A stretch of DNA of 64,000 nucleotides. Origin: Acidobacterium sp. (GTDB lineage: Bacteria > Acidobacteriota > Vicinamibacteria > Vicinamibacterales > UBA2999). A program made the translations under genes and the position numbers. The stretch lies in contig NSIL01000005.1 in assembly GCA_002737365.1 (NCBI GenBank), positions 54,399-118,398 of the forward strand, in the 5' to 3' direction. Positions 56,000 through 64,000 of the stretch are shown in pieces; position 1 is the stretch's first letter; each line of letters begins with the position of its first letter. Under the pieces are notes generated by a model, which was not told the DNA's origin, made no database searches, and saw nothing but the letters and a program-made list of their open reading frames with translations.

Positions 56000-56833
56000 T
56001 TGATCCGGCTCCTCGCCATCGACATCGACGGGACGTTGCTCGACTCGAAGGGCGGCGTCCCGCAGGCGAATCTTGATGCTATTCATCGCGCGGCCGGGTG
56101 CGGTGTCCGCATTGTCATTGCCACCGGCCGAAGTTTCCATTTCGCGCTGCAGGCGCTGGGCGATCTTCCCGACGACCTCACGCTGCTCGCCTACAACGGC
56201 GCGATTGCCCGCTCACGCTCGGGGGCAACGCTGCTGCGTCGGCTGCTGCCGCAGGCCGTGGCGCGCCAGGTCCTCGCGGCGACCATCGAGTGGCGGACCG
56301 ACACGGCGTGCGTCTTCGATCGGCCGCTGGCCGGACAGCTCGTCTACGACCGCATGGACTGGTCGCATCCCAACCGCGCCGGCTTCAAGCGGCGCAACGC
56401 CGCCATCATCCAGGCAGTCGAGCGATTGGAAGAAGCGGTCACCGAGGATCCGGTGCAGGTCACGTTCAACGGCGGCGTGGAGGCCATGCGAGCGATTTCG
56501 TCGCACCTGGCGGCCCATCCGATCGCGCCTCACCTCGAGGTGACCCTGACCGAGTATCCGCAACGCGACTTTTCGATGGTGGATGTCTGCAGTACTGGCA
56601 TCACGAAAGGCACCGGGCTGGCGGCGCTGGCCAGCCACTTTGGCGTGGCCCAAGCCGAGGTCATGGCGGTCGGCGACAACCACAACGATCGCGACATGCT
56701 GCAGTGGGCCGGCACCGGCGTCGTGATGGGCAACGCCGAGCCGGAACTGAAGGCACCGGGCTTTCACCTGACGGGCACGAATGACGAGGCCGGCCTGGCC
56801 CAGGCGATTGACCTGTTCATTCCCGGCCGGTAG
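56000..56833 (+). CDS. Cof-type HAD-IIB family phosphatase
   Basis: LLAIDIDGTLL, ATGRS, GDNHNDRDML. No in-frame ATG, so start tentatively TTG 56000. The rest of the 875-aa track ORF is antisense to sucA. Confidence 0.7.
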   Translation: MIRLLAIDIDGTLLDSKGGVPQANLDAIHRAAGCGVRIVIATGRSFHFALQALGDLPDDLTLLAYNGAIARSRSGATLLRRLLPQAVARQVLAATIEWRTDTACVFDRPLAGQLVYDRMDWSHPNRAGFKRRNAAIIQAVERLEEAVTEDPVQVTFNGGVEAMRAISSHLAAHPIAPHLEVTLTEYPQRDFSMVDVCSTGITKGTGLAALASHFGVAQAEVMAVGDNHNDRDMLQWAGTGVVMGNAEPELKAPGFHLTGTNDEAGLAQAIDLFIPGR

Positions 56834-56968
56834 GGCTCGGGCTACGCCCTCGTGGGGCGCGCGCCGAAGACGACATCGCGTCAAGGAAAGCCCGATCTGG
56901 CGAGGCAAGCGGGTCCTTCGCTGGTGAGTTGGGCGGGCTGAACCCGCTCCCAGTACACTGGCTGCTCC

Positions 56969-57955
56969 GTGTCCTACACTTGGCGCACCATCAAGACCGA
57001 CCGTGGCGACCACGGCGTGCGCGTTGACCGTGTGCTGCTGCGCCACCTGCGCGATGAACGTTCGGTCTCGCGAAACCGCATTCAAAAATGGATTGAGGCC
57101 GGCGACGTCCTGGTCAATGGCGCACCGCCGTCGCGGGCCGCGTGGCGCGTGCAGGCGGGTGACGACCTGCAGGTCCGCATCGAGGAACTGCCGGCCAGAA
57201 CCAGGCCGTCTGGCGAGGCCATGGATCTCCAGGTGCTCTACGAGGACGATGACTTGTTGGCAGTCGACAAGCCGGCTGGACTGGTCGTGCACCCGTCGTA
57301 CAAGAATGCGGCCGGGACACTGATCAATGGCGTGCTCGAACGGGCCAAGACGTGGCCCGCGGGTTCGCGGCCCAGCTTGCTTGGACGTCTCGACAAGTAC
57401 ACCTCTGGCGTGGTGATCGTGGCCAAGCGACCGGCCGTGCACGCAGCCCTGCAGCGCGCGATGGAATCCCGGCGCATCGACAAAGACTACGCGGCGATCG
57501 TCTGGGGCCGGCCGTCACCGATGCGCGGCACGATTGACCTGGCCCTCGATCGCGACCCGTGGGATCGGCGCCGCATTACGGTGACCGACCGCGGTGGCCA
57601 GCCGTCGGTGACGAAGTACGAACGGCTGGCGGTTTCGTCTCCTGGTCCCCCTCGCCCCTTCTCCCTGGTTCGTTGCCGTCTCATCACCGGACGCACGCAC
57701 CAGATTCGGGTGCACCTATCCGCGCGGAACTGGCCGATTGTCGGCGATGCGGTGTATGGCCTGAAGAGGACGGGCGGCTCCCTCACGCCGCTCGACGAAG
57801 TGGCCCTGGCGTTTCCGCGCCAGGCCCTGCACGCCTGGCGGCTATCGCTGCGGCAGCCGACCACCAACGCCGCGCTCGAGATCACGGCGCCACTGCCCGA
57901 CGACATGCAACAACTTGCCACGGCACTCTGCTTGTCCACCGTCGCTTTAGCGTAG
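56969..57955 (+). CDS. RluA-family 23S rRNA pseudouridine synthase (RluD-like, S4 domain)
   Basis: 328 aa. S4-like RVDRVLLRHL, catalytic GRLDKYTSGVVIVAK and TGRTHQIRVH. Confidence 0.8.
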   Translation: MSYTWRTIKTDRGDHGVRVDRVLLRHLRDERSVSRNRIQKWIEAGDVLVNGAPPSRAAWRVQAGDDLQVRIEELPARTRPSGEAMDLQVLYEDDDLLAVDKPAGLVVHPSYKNAAGTLINGVLERAKTWPAGSRPSLLGRLDKYTSGVVIVAKRPAVHAALQRAMESRRIDKDYAAIVWGRPSPMRGTIDLALDRDPWDRRRITVTDRGGQPSVTKYERLAVSSPGPPRPFSLVRCRLITGRTHQIRVHLSARNWPIVGDAVYGLKRTGGSLTPLDEVALAFPRQALHAWRLSLRQPTTNAALEITAPLPDDMQQLATALCLSTVALA

Positions 57956-57981
57956 ATGGGCGTAGAATCGCGGACCTGGCC

Positions 57982-59043
57982 ATGACCTCGACCGCCGTCA
58001 CCCGAGTCCGGACCGCCCTGGCGGCGCAGCCGCGCCTGTCGCTGGCGCAACTGCCTACTCCCCTTCATGACGCCGTTCGCCTTCGCGAGGCGCTCGGTGG
58101 ACCGGCGCGCTGCCCGCGGCTCCTGATCAAGCGGGACGACCTCACGGCACTCGGCCTGGGGGGCAACAAGGCGCGCAAGCTCGAGTACCTGGTCGCCGAC
58201 GCGCAGGCCCGCGGCGCGACGACGCTGATTACGACCGGCGCGGTGCAGTCGAATCATGCGCGCATGACCGCGGCGGCGGCGTGCGTCGCCGGCATGCGTT
58301 GTGTGTTGGTGTTGACGTCCACCACGACCGAACCCACATTGGCCGGCAACCTGCTGCTCGACCGCCTCTACGGCGCCACGGTGCGCCTGGTGCCATCGAT
58401 TGATCCGATGCTGGCGGTCGGCCAGGACGAAGCAGTGGTCGCCGCGGTCGTCGCCGAGGAGGAAGCGAGCGGACGGACTCCGTACGTGATTCCCATCGGC
58501 GGGTCGAGTGCGGTTGGCGTGTTCGGCTATGTCGGCGGCACCGCTGAACTGGTCGAACAGCTGGCGACGATGACGATCGCCCCGACGCGCCTGTACTACG
58601 CCAGCGGCTCGCGCGGCACGCAGGCTGGACTGACACTCGGCGCCGTTCTGTGCGAGGCGCCGTACCTGGTCTACGGTGTCGCCGTCAGTGCCGGCGAGCC
58701 GGAGAAGATTGAGCGCGCCCGGCGCATCGCCAACGAAGCGGCGACGCGGCTCGGACTTGCCGAACGACTGGACTTGCCCGACCTGGTGACGGACCAGTCA
58801 TTCATCGGCGAGGGGTATGGCATCCCAACCGAGGCCGGCCTTGAAGCCATTGCGCTGGTCGCGCGGACCGAGGCGCTCTTGCTGGATCCCTGCTATACCT
58901 CGAAGGGCATGGCGGCCCTGATCCAGCATGTGCGCAGCGGCGAATTGAGTTCGTCGGAGACGGTGGTGTTCCTGCACACCGGCGGCATGCCGGCGCTGTT
59001 TACTACCGACTTCGTGGACGCTTTTGCTCGCCGTCGCGGCTGA
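57982..59043 (+). CDS. D-cysteine desulfhydrase / ACC deaminase family PLP enzyme
   Basis: PTPLH, KRDDLT..GGNKARKLEYL (PLP Lys), and GAVQSNHARMTAAAA. Start at ATG 57982. The upstream part of the track ORF overlaps rluD in another frame. Confidence 0.75.
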   Translation: MTSTAVTRVRTALAAQPRLSLAQLPTPLHDAVRLREALGGPARCPRLLIKRDDLTALGLGGNKARKLEYLVADAQARGATTLITTGAVQSNHARMTAAAACVAGMRCVLVLTSTTTEPTLAGNLLLDRLYGATVRLVPSIDPMLAVGQDEAVVAAVVAEEEASGRTPYVIPIGGSSAVGVFGYVGGTAELVEQLATMTIAPTRLYYASGSRGTQAGLTLGAVLCEAPYLVYGVAVSAGEPEKIERARRIANEAATRLGLAERLDLPDLVTDQSFIGEGYGIPTEAGLEAIALVARTEALLLDPCYTSKGMAALIQHVRSGELSSSETVVFLHTGGMPALFTTDFVDAFARRRG

Positions 59044-59143
59044 AACGCTTACTCCGGATTTCGGGTCGAGATGGCGGGAACCGGCTCGAGCCAGATGCGG
59101 GGAATGTGTTGGTTGGCGGCGGTTCGCTCCAATGTTTCTCACC

Positions 59144-59157
59144 GCCCTTCGAAGGGC
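59144..59157. terminator. GC-rich palindrome GCCCTTCGAAGGGC between convergent dcyD-like and pilX-like genes
   Basis: 14-nt perfect palindrome 22 nt past the pilX-like stop. No adjacent U-run. Confidence 0.3.
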
Positions 59158-59178
59158 CGACGTTCCGAACCAGCGGCA

Positions 59179-60561
59179 TCACTGCTCGATCCACCCCGAG
59201 ATGTTGTTGGTGAAGGTCGAAGCTCCTCCGGGAATGGTGATTTCGGTAGTGAGGATACCAAGCCCACCGTTGTAGGTGACCGTCATGTTGCCCGACAAGT
59301 TGTTCGTGGTGAGCGTTGATGAACCACGGCGGCCATTGGGATTGGTCGTGGCATGGTAGGCATTGGTCGTACTGTCGCGGTCCTCGACCATGATGCGGCC
59401 CTGGAACTCTGAATTGCCGTAGATCTTCATCTGCTCGCGGACCATGATCTGGCCGTCCATGTCGACCGAGTCATCCGCGTCAACCGTACCGCCCAGCTCG
59501 AAGTCGCCGTTGGTCACGAACTGGATGCCCGCGCCGTTCTCGGGCTTGAACTTTCCATTGCCCGTCACCTTGATCGAGCCTTCCGCAATCACCGAGATTT
59601 GGGTGAAGCCGCTCGACTTGCCGGTGCCGTGAATGTTGGCGCTCCCTTGCACGTAATAGGTCGAAGATGAGGGCATGGCCCCTGACGCGCTCCACGTGCC
59701 GCCACTGAAGCTCCAGCCGGTCGGGCAGGGATCTGACTTCGCGCCGCAGCCCGAGCCATTGGCGTGGGTAATGGTACCGGAGGAGGTGAGGATCCAGTCC
59801 GCCAGATTGAAGTAGTCAGACGCCTTGATTTCCGGGACCGACATCGGCGGCATGCCGCCCGCCTTCAAGCCATCGGGATCCAAATCGTCATCGACTGAGC
59901 CGGTGGCGGTGATGTCGCCGGACACCTCCTCCGAACCCCCGCCCGTGACGTCGCCGTTCGAGTGCACATTGCCCTTGGTGCCGAGGACCCTGATGTTGCC
60001 GCTCATGTCGAGGTCGCCGTTCACGAGCATGGCCGGGTTCGAGAGAATCGTGTTGGTCGACGGCAGGTCGGGAATTTCGGTGGACTGCAGCACCCGCCCG
60101 AGAACGACGGTCGTCCCCCTCGGCCCGGTGCCGATACAACGCAGGATCATCCGGGTGTTCTGATCGAGGTCCGGGTCGCCGTCCTCGCTCATCTGGGTCA
60201 GCTGGTCGGCCGTGAGGGCCGCTGGATACAAGCTGGGATTGTCGTCGTCAAGGAGCTCGAAACGGTACGAGTAGTCCGCGCTGAGGGTGAACGGTCCATT
60301 GCCGATCACCGGCACCACACCCGTGACCGACAGGTCGGTGGCGGTGTCGGCGAGGATCTGTTCGATCGCGCGGTTCATGCCCGCCTCGGCGGCACCGCGC
60401 GCGCCGGCATAGTACGCCTCGTTGGTGGCCATGGCGATCTCGGTCTGGCCGTTCAGCGTCAATCCGGTGGTGAGGCCGGCCATCACCGCCAACAGCAGCA
60501 GCACGATGATCAGCGCGACACCTTGCTCGGAGCGAACGGGATCCATCGGATGGGTAGTCAT
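59179..60561 (-). CDS. PilX-N-domain minor pilin-like protein with large beta-helix-like C-terminal domain
   Basis: 460 aa. [50 protein letters not shown] matches the PilX N-terminal pattern. The C-terminal ~300 aa is rich in short G/N/D-containing beta-repeats. Confidence 0.6.
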   Translation of the reverse strand: MTTHPMDPVRSEQGVALIIVLLLLAVMAGLTTGLTLNGQTEIAMATNEAYYAGARGAAEAGMNRAIEQILADTATDLSVTGVVPVIGNGPFTLSADYSYRFELLDDDNPSLYPAALTADQLTQMSEDGDPDLDQNTRMILRCIGTGPRGTTVVLGRVLQSTEIPDLPSTNTILSNPAMLVNGDLDMSGNIRVLGTKGNVHSNGDVTGGGSEEVSGDITATGSVDDDLDPDGLKAGGMPPMSVPEIKASDYFNLADWILTSSGTITHANGSGCGAKSDPCPTGWSFSGGTWSASGAMPSSSTYYVQGSANIHGTGKSSGFTQISVIAEGSIKVTGNGKFKPENGAGIQFVTNGDFELGGTVDADDSVDMDGQIMVREQMKIYGNSEFQGRIMVEDRDSTTNAYHATTNPNGRRGSSTLTTNNLSGNMTVTYNGGLGILTTEITIPGGASTFTNNISGWIEQ

Positions 60562-60572
60562 GTTGTATGGCC

Positions 60573-61244
60573 TTAGTAATTGCGTCCTCGCACACGCACT
60601 TCCTGCGTGAGCAAGCGCGTTTCCGGCAGCCCGGTCGAGGCGTTGACGGTACGTGTTCGCACGGTGACTTGAGTCTCGACGTAGACGACGTTGGCCGCCG
60701 TCACGGTGGGGACGTGGCTGACGTCCTTAAAGACAAAGAGCAGACTCTCAATCACCGCGTCCGTGCGGATCGAGGCACTACCGCCAAGGTTGTTGTCCAG
60801 GAACGTGATGCTGTTGGTGCCGGCGTCAAACGACACGGTGACGTCTTCATTCGCCTGACTACAGGTGCCCGCCGGGCCACCCAGCAGTCCATCCGGTGGA
60901 TTGGAATCAGTTTGCAACCGCACGTCGTTGTCAATGCCGTCGGCGTTCGGGTCCATGATCAACCAGGCGTAGGCCGTGCCAGCCGCCGGACAGGCAGAGG
61001 TGTCGCCCGGGTTCTGGGGCAAGGCGTAGGGATTGTTGCCGGCGGCGCGAATCATGCGGCTGACCCATTCGAGCGCGTAGCGTCCTTCCTGTTCACCCGC
61101 CGAATCCTCAATCTGCCGGCGAAAGCTCTGCTGCACCTGCGAGGTCATCATGACCGCGCCGCCAAGCACCATCGTGGTGACCAGCGTCGAGATCATCAAC
61201 TCCGCGAGGGTGAATCCGCGGTCGCTACCCAGGTTCAAGGACAC
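60573..61244 (-). CDS. PilW-like type IV minor pilin (prepilin N-terminal methylation motif)
   Basis: Leader VSLNLGSDRG then FTLAELMISTLVTTMVLGG. Start set at GTG 61244. The ORF-track extension overlaps pilV in another frame. Confidence 0.65.
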   Translation of the reverse strand: MSLNLGSDRGFTLAELMISTLVTTMVLGGAVMMTSQVQQSFRRQIEDSAGEQEGRYALEWVSRMIRAAGNNPYALPQNPGDTSACPAAGTAYAWLIMDPNADGIDNDVRLQTDSNPPDGLLGGPAGTCSQANEDVTVSFDAGTNSITFLDNNLGGSASIRTDAVIESLLFVFKDVSHVPTVTAANVVYVETQVTVRTRTVNASTGLPETRLLTQEVRVRGRNY

Positions 61245-61723
61245 GGCGCCGATACTCCGCGAATAATAGTCACAAGGTCGTAAGGGGACGACGTCCGCCG
61301 ATCGGTGACGTCGGGAAGGACGCGAACGGTGACCGTGCGCAGGTTGAGATCGCCGTCCGGACCCGCTGCCACGAGCCACCGGACCTTGTAGCCCTTGGTA
61401 ACGGTGTCGTCGGAGGTGTTGGCCGGTGTCCCGTTGTCCTGCATCGGCGTCTGGTTGTAATTCGCCACGTCGGCAGTGATCGATCCGCCGCACGCCATCG
61501 AGGGACTGGTCGCGAAGTTCATGGTCGTCAACTCGTCGATCCGGTCCTGGGCGAGGCGCACCGCACCCGTCGAATTGCGTCCGAGCTGTTGCAGCCGCAG
61601 CGTGACCGCCATGAGCTCGGCCATCGCCACGAGCCCGATCGTACAGACCGCCATGGCCACGACCGCTTCAATCAGCGTGAAGCCGCGCTCGTCGTTCGTC
61701 CCTGCGGCGCTGTTATTCAACAT
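61235..61723 (-). CDS. PilV-like type IV minor pilin
   Basis: 162 aa. Prepilin motif ERGFTLIEAVVAMAVCTIGLVA. Confidence 0.65.
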   Translation of the reverse strand: MLNNSAAGTNDERGFTLIEAVVAMAVCTIGLVAMAELMAVTLRLQQLGRNSTGAVRLAQDRIDELTTMNFATSPSMACGGSITADVANYNQTPMQDNGTPANTSDDTVTKGYKVRWLVAAGPDGDLNLRTVTVRVLPDVTDRRTSSPYDLVTIIRGVSAPCP

Positions 61724-62210
61724 TGCCGAAAGTGATCTGCCCGGTAGCGCTCACGGTGAGGCGGCGAGACGCCGTGCCCTGAGTCACGTCGATCGTCAAT
61801 GGGATAGCCGCGCCGCTGGCCGTAAAGATGCCACGGCCGCTCACCTCGAGAAACGCTGCACTATCGGAGTCAAACGCCACGTCGAATGGCAGATTGATCG
61901 TGCCGGAATCGCCGTCAAGTGTTTGCGTGCAGCGGTCGGCGGCGTCATCGACAGCAGGATCTCCCGTCATGATCAGGCTCCGGATCACGCCCGCAGTCGG
62001 GCAATCAAACACCACCCGATGATTGGTATTGGAGCTAATGGCCCTCAGTCGGGCCTGGCGGATCGTCGCGCCAATCTGCTCCGAACCCGTCCACAGCCGA
62101 CTGCGCGCGTTCGACTCGATGAACACAGGCACCGAGATCGCAGTGACGATGCCGATCATGCCAACCACTATCAGCATCTCGACGAGGGTAAAGCCGCGTT
62201 CGGTTCGCAC
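61713..62210 (-). CDS. FimT/GspH-family minor pseudopilin
   Basis: Short leader VRTERG then FTLVEMLIVVGMIGIVTAISVP. GTG 62210 preceded by TATCTT plus 6 nt. The ORF-track extension to 62390 is not coding-like. Confidence 0.6.
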   Translation of the reverse strand: MRTERGFTLVEMLIVVGMIGIVTAISVPVFIESNARSRLWTGSEQIGATIRQARLRAISSNTNHRVVFDCPTAGVIRSLIMTGDPAVDDAADRCTQTLDGDSGTINLPFDVAFDSDSAAFLEVSGRGIFTASGAAIPLTIDVTQGTASRRLTVSATGQITFGNVE

Positions 62211-62407
62211 ACCCTGAAGATAGCAAGAGCGGATCCAACCGCCCAGGTTGGCCGTAAGTGTTTGACGAAGAGGCAATTGTGGCGGCTCAGTAGCGCCAGA
62301 GGCGTACCGGTTTGTCTCAAAAAAGCTCAGTCGCATACAGAATTGTGATCGAAGCCATGGATCGGAAGGCGGCGGTGCGGCTTCCCCCAACTATACTGGG
62401 GTGTTTC

Positions 62408-64000
62408 ATGCGGCGCCTCGGGCTCGTCCTGTTTTTCACTCTGCTCGTCGCGCCGGCCGCCGCGCAGAATCCGCCAAGTCCGGCCGAGGTCGTAACGCGC
62501 GACGCACAGGGTCATGCCGTCCTGCGGACCACGCGCGTGACCTCGCCCCCGACCTTCGATGGCCGCCTCGACGATCTCGCCTACGAGTTGGTGCCAGGTG
62601 CCGCCGGTTTCATCCAGCAGGAGCCCGTCGAGGGCAGCCCGGCCAGCGACAAGACGGAAGTCTGGGTGTTCTTCGATGACAAGAACATCTACGTCGGCGC
62701 CCGTCTGTGGGAGACCCATCCCGATCGCCGGGTGACCAGCGACATGCGGCGCGACGCCAGCAACATGTACAACAACGACCACATCGCGGTCTTGTTCGAC
62801 ACGTTTGATGACCGGCGTAATGGCTTTGGCTTCTCCTCGAACGCGCAGGGTGGCATGTTCGACTGGCAGGTCACCAACGAACAGCCCAGTAACAACTGGA
62901 ATGGCCTGTGGGACGTGCGGACGGCTGATTTCGATGGCGGCTGGACGGTGGAGTTCGTCATCCCTTTCCGCTCGATGCGCTTCAAGGAGGGCAGCAAGGA
63001 ATGGGGCGTGAACTTTCGCCGCATGGTGCGCTGGCGCAACGAACTGACCTTCCTGTCGCAAGTGCCGGTCTCGTGGGGACGCCGGGGCCTGTCCAAGGTG
63101 TCGTCGGTCGGCGAACTGGTCGGCCTCGAGTCGCCGGTCAAGCTGCGCAGCTTCGACGTCAAGCCCTACGCGCTCGGCTCGAATACGACCAACCACCGCT
63201 CGACCCCGCCCCTGTCGAACGACGGCGCCGCCCAGTTCGGCGTCGACGCCAAGTGGGGCATCACGCAGTCGGTCGTCACCGATTTCACTTACAACACCGA
63301 CTTTGCCCAGGTCGAAGACGACGAGGCGCAAGTCAACCTCACGCGGTTCAGCGTGTTGTTCCCCGAGAAGCGCGACTTCTTTCTTGAGGGCCAGGACGTC
63401 TTCAACTTCGCCGGCGCCGGTGCCAACCAGGGTGGCGGCGGCCAGGGCCCGGCGGCCATCAGCGCCGGTGGTGGTGGTGGTGGCGCCAGCAACGTCACGC
63501 CGATCGTGTTCTTCAGCCGGCGCATTGGGCTGCAGAACAACCAGGTCGTTCCCATTCTCGGCGGCGCGCGGCTGCTCGGGCGCGGCAACGGTTTTCAGGT
63601 CGGCGCGCTGCACATGCGAATGGAGGAGGTCGACACGGCCGGCGCGCCTGCGACCGACTTCTCGGTGTTTCGCGTCAATCGCGACATCCTCAAGCGCAGC
63701 CGTATCGGCATGATCGCCACGCGGCGCGGTCCCGGCGCAGCCGGTGGCGACGATGGTTACTCGTTCGGGGTCGACAGCACGATCAACCCCCTCGAACAGC
63801 TGGCGATCAATGCGTATTGGGCAGGGACGTCGGGCGCAGCGGGTGCGTCGGTCAACGAGCGCAGCAGCTATCGCGGCAACATGACGTGGAATGCCGACCT
63901 GACCGGCTTCCAGGTCGAGCACATGTTCCTCGGCGACCAGTTCAACCCGGAGACCGGCTTCCTGCGGCGCTCGGCGTTCCGCCGCACCTACGGGCAAGGC
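62408..64000 (+). CDS. DUF5916 / CBM9-like domain outer-membrane protein (3' end beyond window)
   Basis: Absent from the ORF track because no stop is reached. I translated it from ATG 62408 to the window end without a stop. Signal peptide MRRLGLVLFFTLLVAPAAAQ. PTFDGRLDD..., NNDHIAVLFDTFDDRRNGFGF, TYNTDFAQVEDDEAQVNLTRF. High G/C3 bias. The 556-aa minus ORF opposite is its shadow. Confidence 0.65.
   Translation, partial: MRRLGLVLFFTLLVAPAAAQNPPSPAEVVTRDAQGHAVLRTTRVTSPPTFDGRLDDLAYELVPGAAGFIQQEPVEGSPASDKTEVWVFFDDKNIYVGARLWETHPDRRVTSDMRRDASNMYNNDHIAVLFDTFDDRRNGFGFSSNAQGGMFDWQVTNEQPSNNWNGLWDVRTADFDGGWTVEFVIPFRSMRFKEGSKEWGVNFRRMVRWRNELTFLSQVPVSWGRRGLSKVSSVGELVGLESPVKLRSFDVKPYALGSNTTNHRSTPPLSNDGAAQFGVDAKWGITQSVVTDFTYNTDFAQVEDDEAQVNLTRFSVLFPEKRDFFLEGQDVFNFAGAGANQGGGGQGPAAISAGGGGGGASNVTPIVFFSRRIGLQNNQVVPILGGARLLGRGNGFQVGALHMRMEEVDTAGAPATDFSVFRVNRDILKRSRIGMIATRRGPGAAGGDDGYSFGVDSTINPLEQLAINAYWAGTSGAAGASVNERSSYRGNMTWNADLTGFQVEHMFLGDQFNPETGFLRRSAFRRTYGQG

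Noticed and set aside
56213-57442. 409-aa minus-strand ORF
   Set aside because: It spans the HAD phosphatase gene, an intergenic region and the rluD-like gene on the opposite strand. It has no motifs.
62327-63997. 556-aa minus-strand ORF
   Set aside because: It is antisense to the well-supported DUF5916-like gene. Its composition is dominated by Arg/Gly/Ala/His/Asp runs with no motifs, which is typical of a high-GC shadow ORF.

Overview
GC-rich bacterial chromosomal segment; real genes have G/C-dominated third codon positions and long arginine-rich shadow ORFs on the opposite strand. Gene content (hpnCDE squalene genes, DUF5916/CBM9-like outer-membrane protein, secreted M14 peptidase, PepSY protein, many exported proteins) suggests an Acidobacteriota- or Gemmatimonadota-like organism; this is inference only. 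I call 62 protein-coding genes. One is a 3'-truncated gene at the window end that is absent from the ORF track. There is also one clear multi-frameshift pseudogene. I found no rRNA, tRNA, CRISPR array, transposase, integrase or prophage signature. Core content: cob(I)alamin adenosyltransferase-hpnC-hpnD-hpnE-thiI-fbaB-GT-C operon, mutY/mutT/ygfZ, serB, lpd-E2-lipB, sucA-sucB, queF, HU, an NtrC-type activator, an ECF sigma factor, panE and rluD-like. Most interesting candidates: (1) a tightly coupled operon of a STAS-DUF4956 membrane protein, a two-HKD PLD-like protein, an OprO/P-type porin and a secreted CotH kinase (46.0-50.5 kb). (2) An active/degenerate pair of thymidylate-kinase-like P-loop proteins sitting behind sucAB where lpd normally sits (50.5-51.9 kb). 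(3) A secreted highly charged protein translationally coupled to a single-POTRA Omp85 (41.5-43.8 kb). (4) A tri-domain adenylase-carrier-PlsC acyltransferase (13.3-16.0 kb). (5) A pervasive TAnnnT-N6-8-start-codon architecture implying leaderless transcription, including 17-18 bp divergent intergenic regions that share one heptamer as the -10 box for both strands. (6) Small repeat families sitting on stop codons, and a palindromic in-frame insertion. All functional calls rest on motif recognition by eye; no database search was possible.
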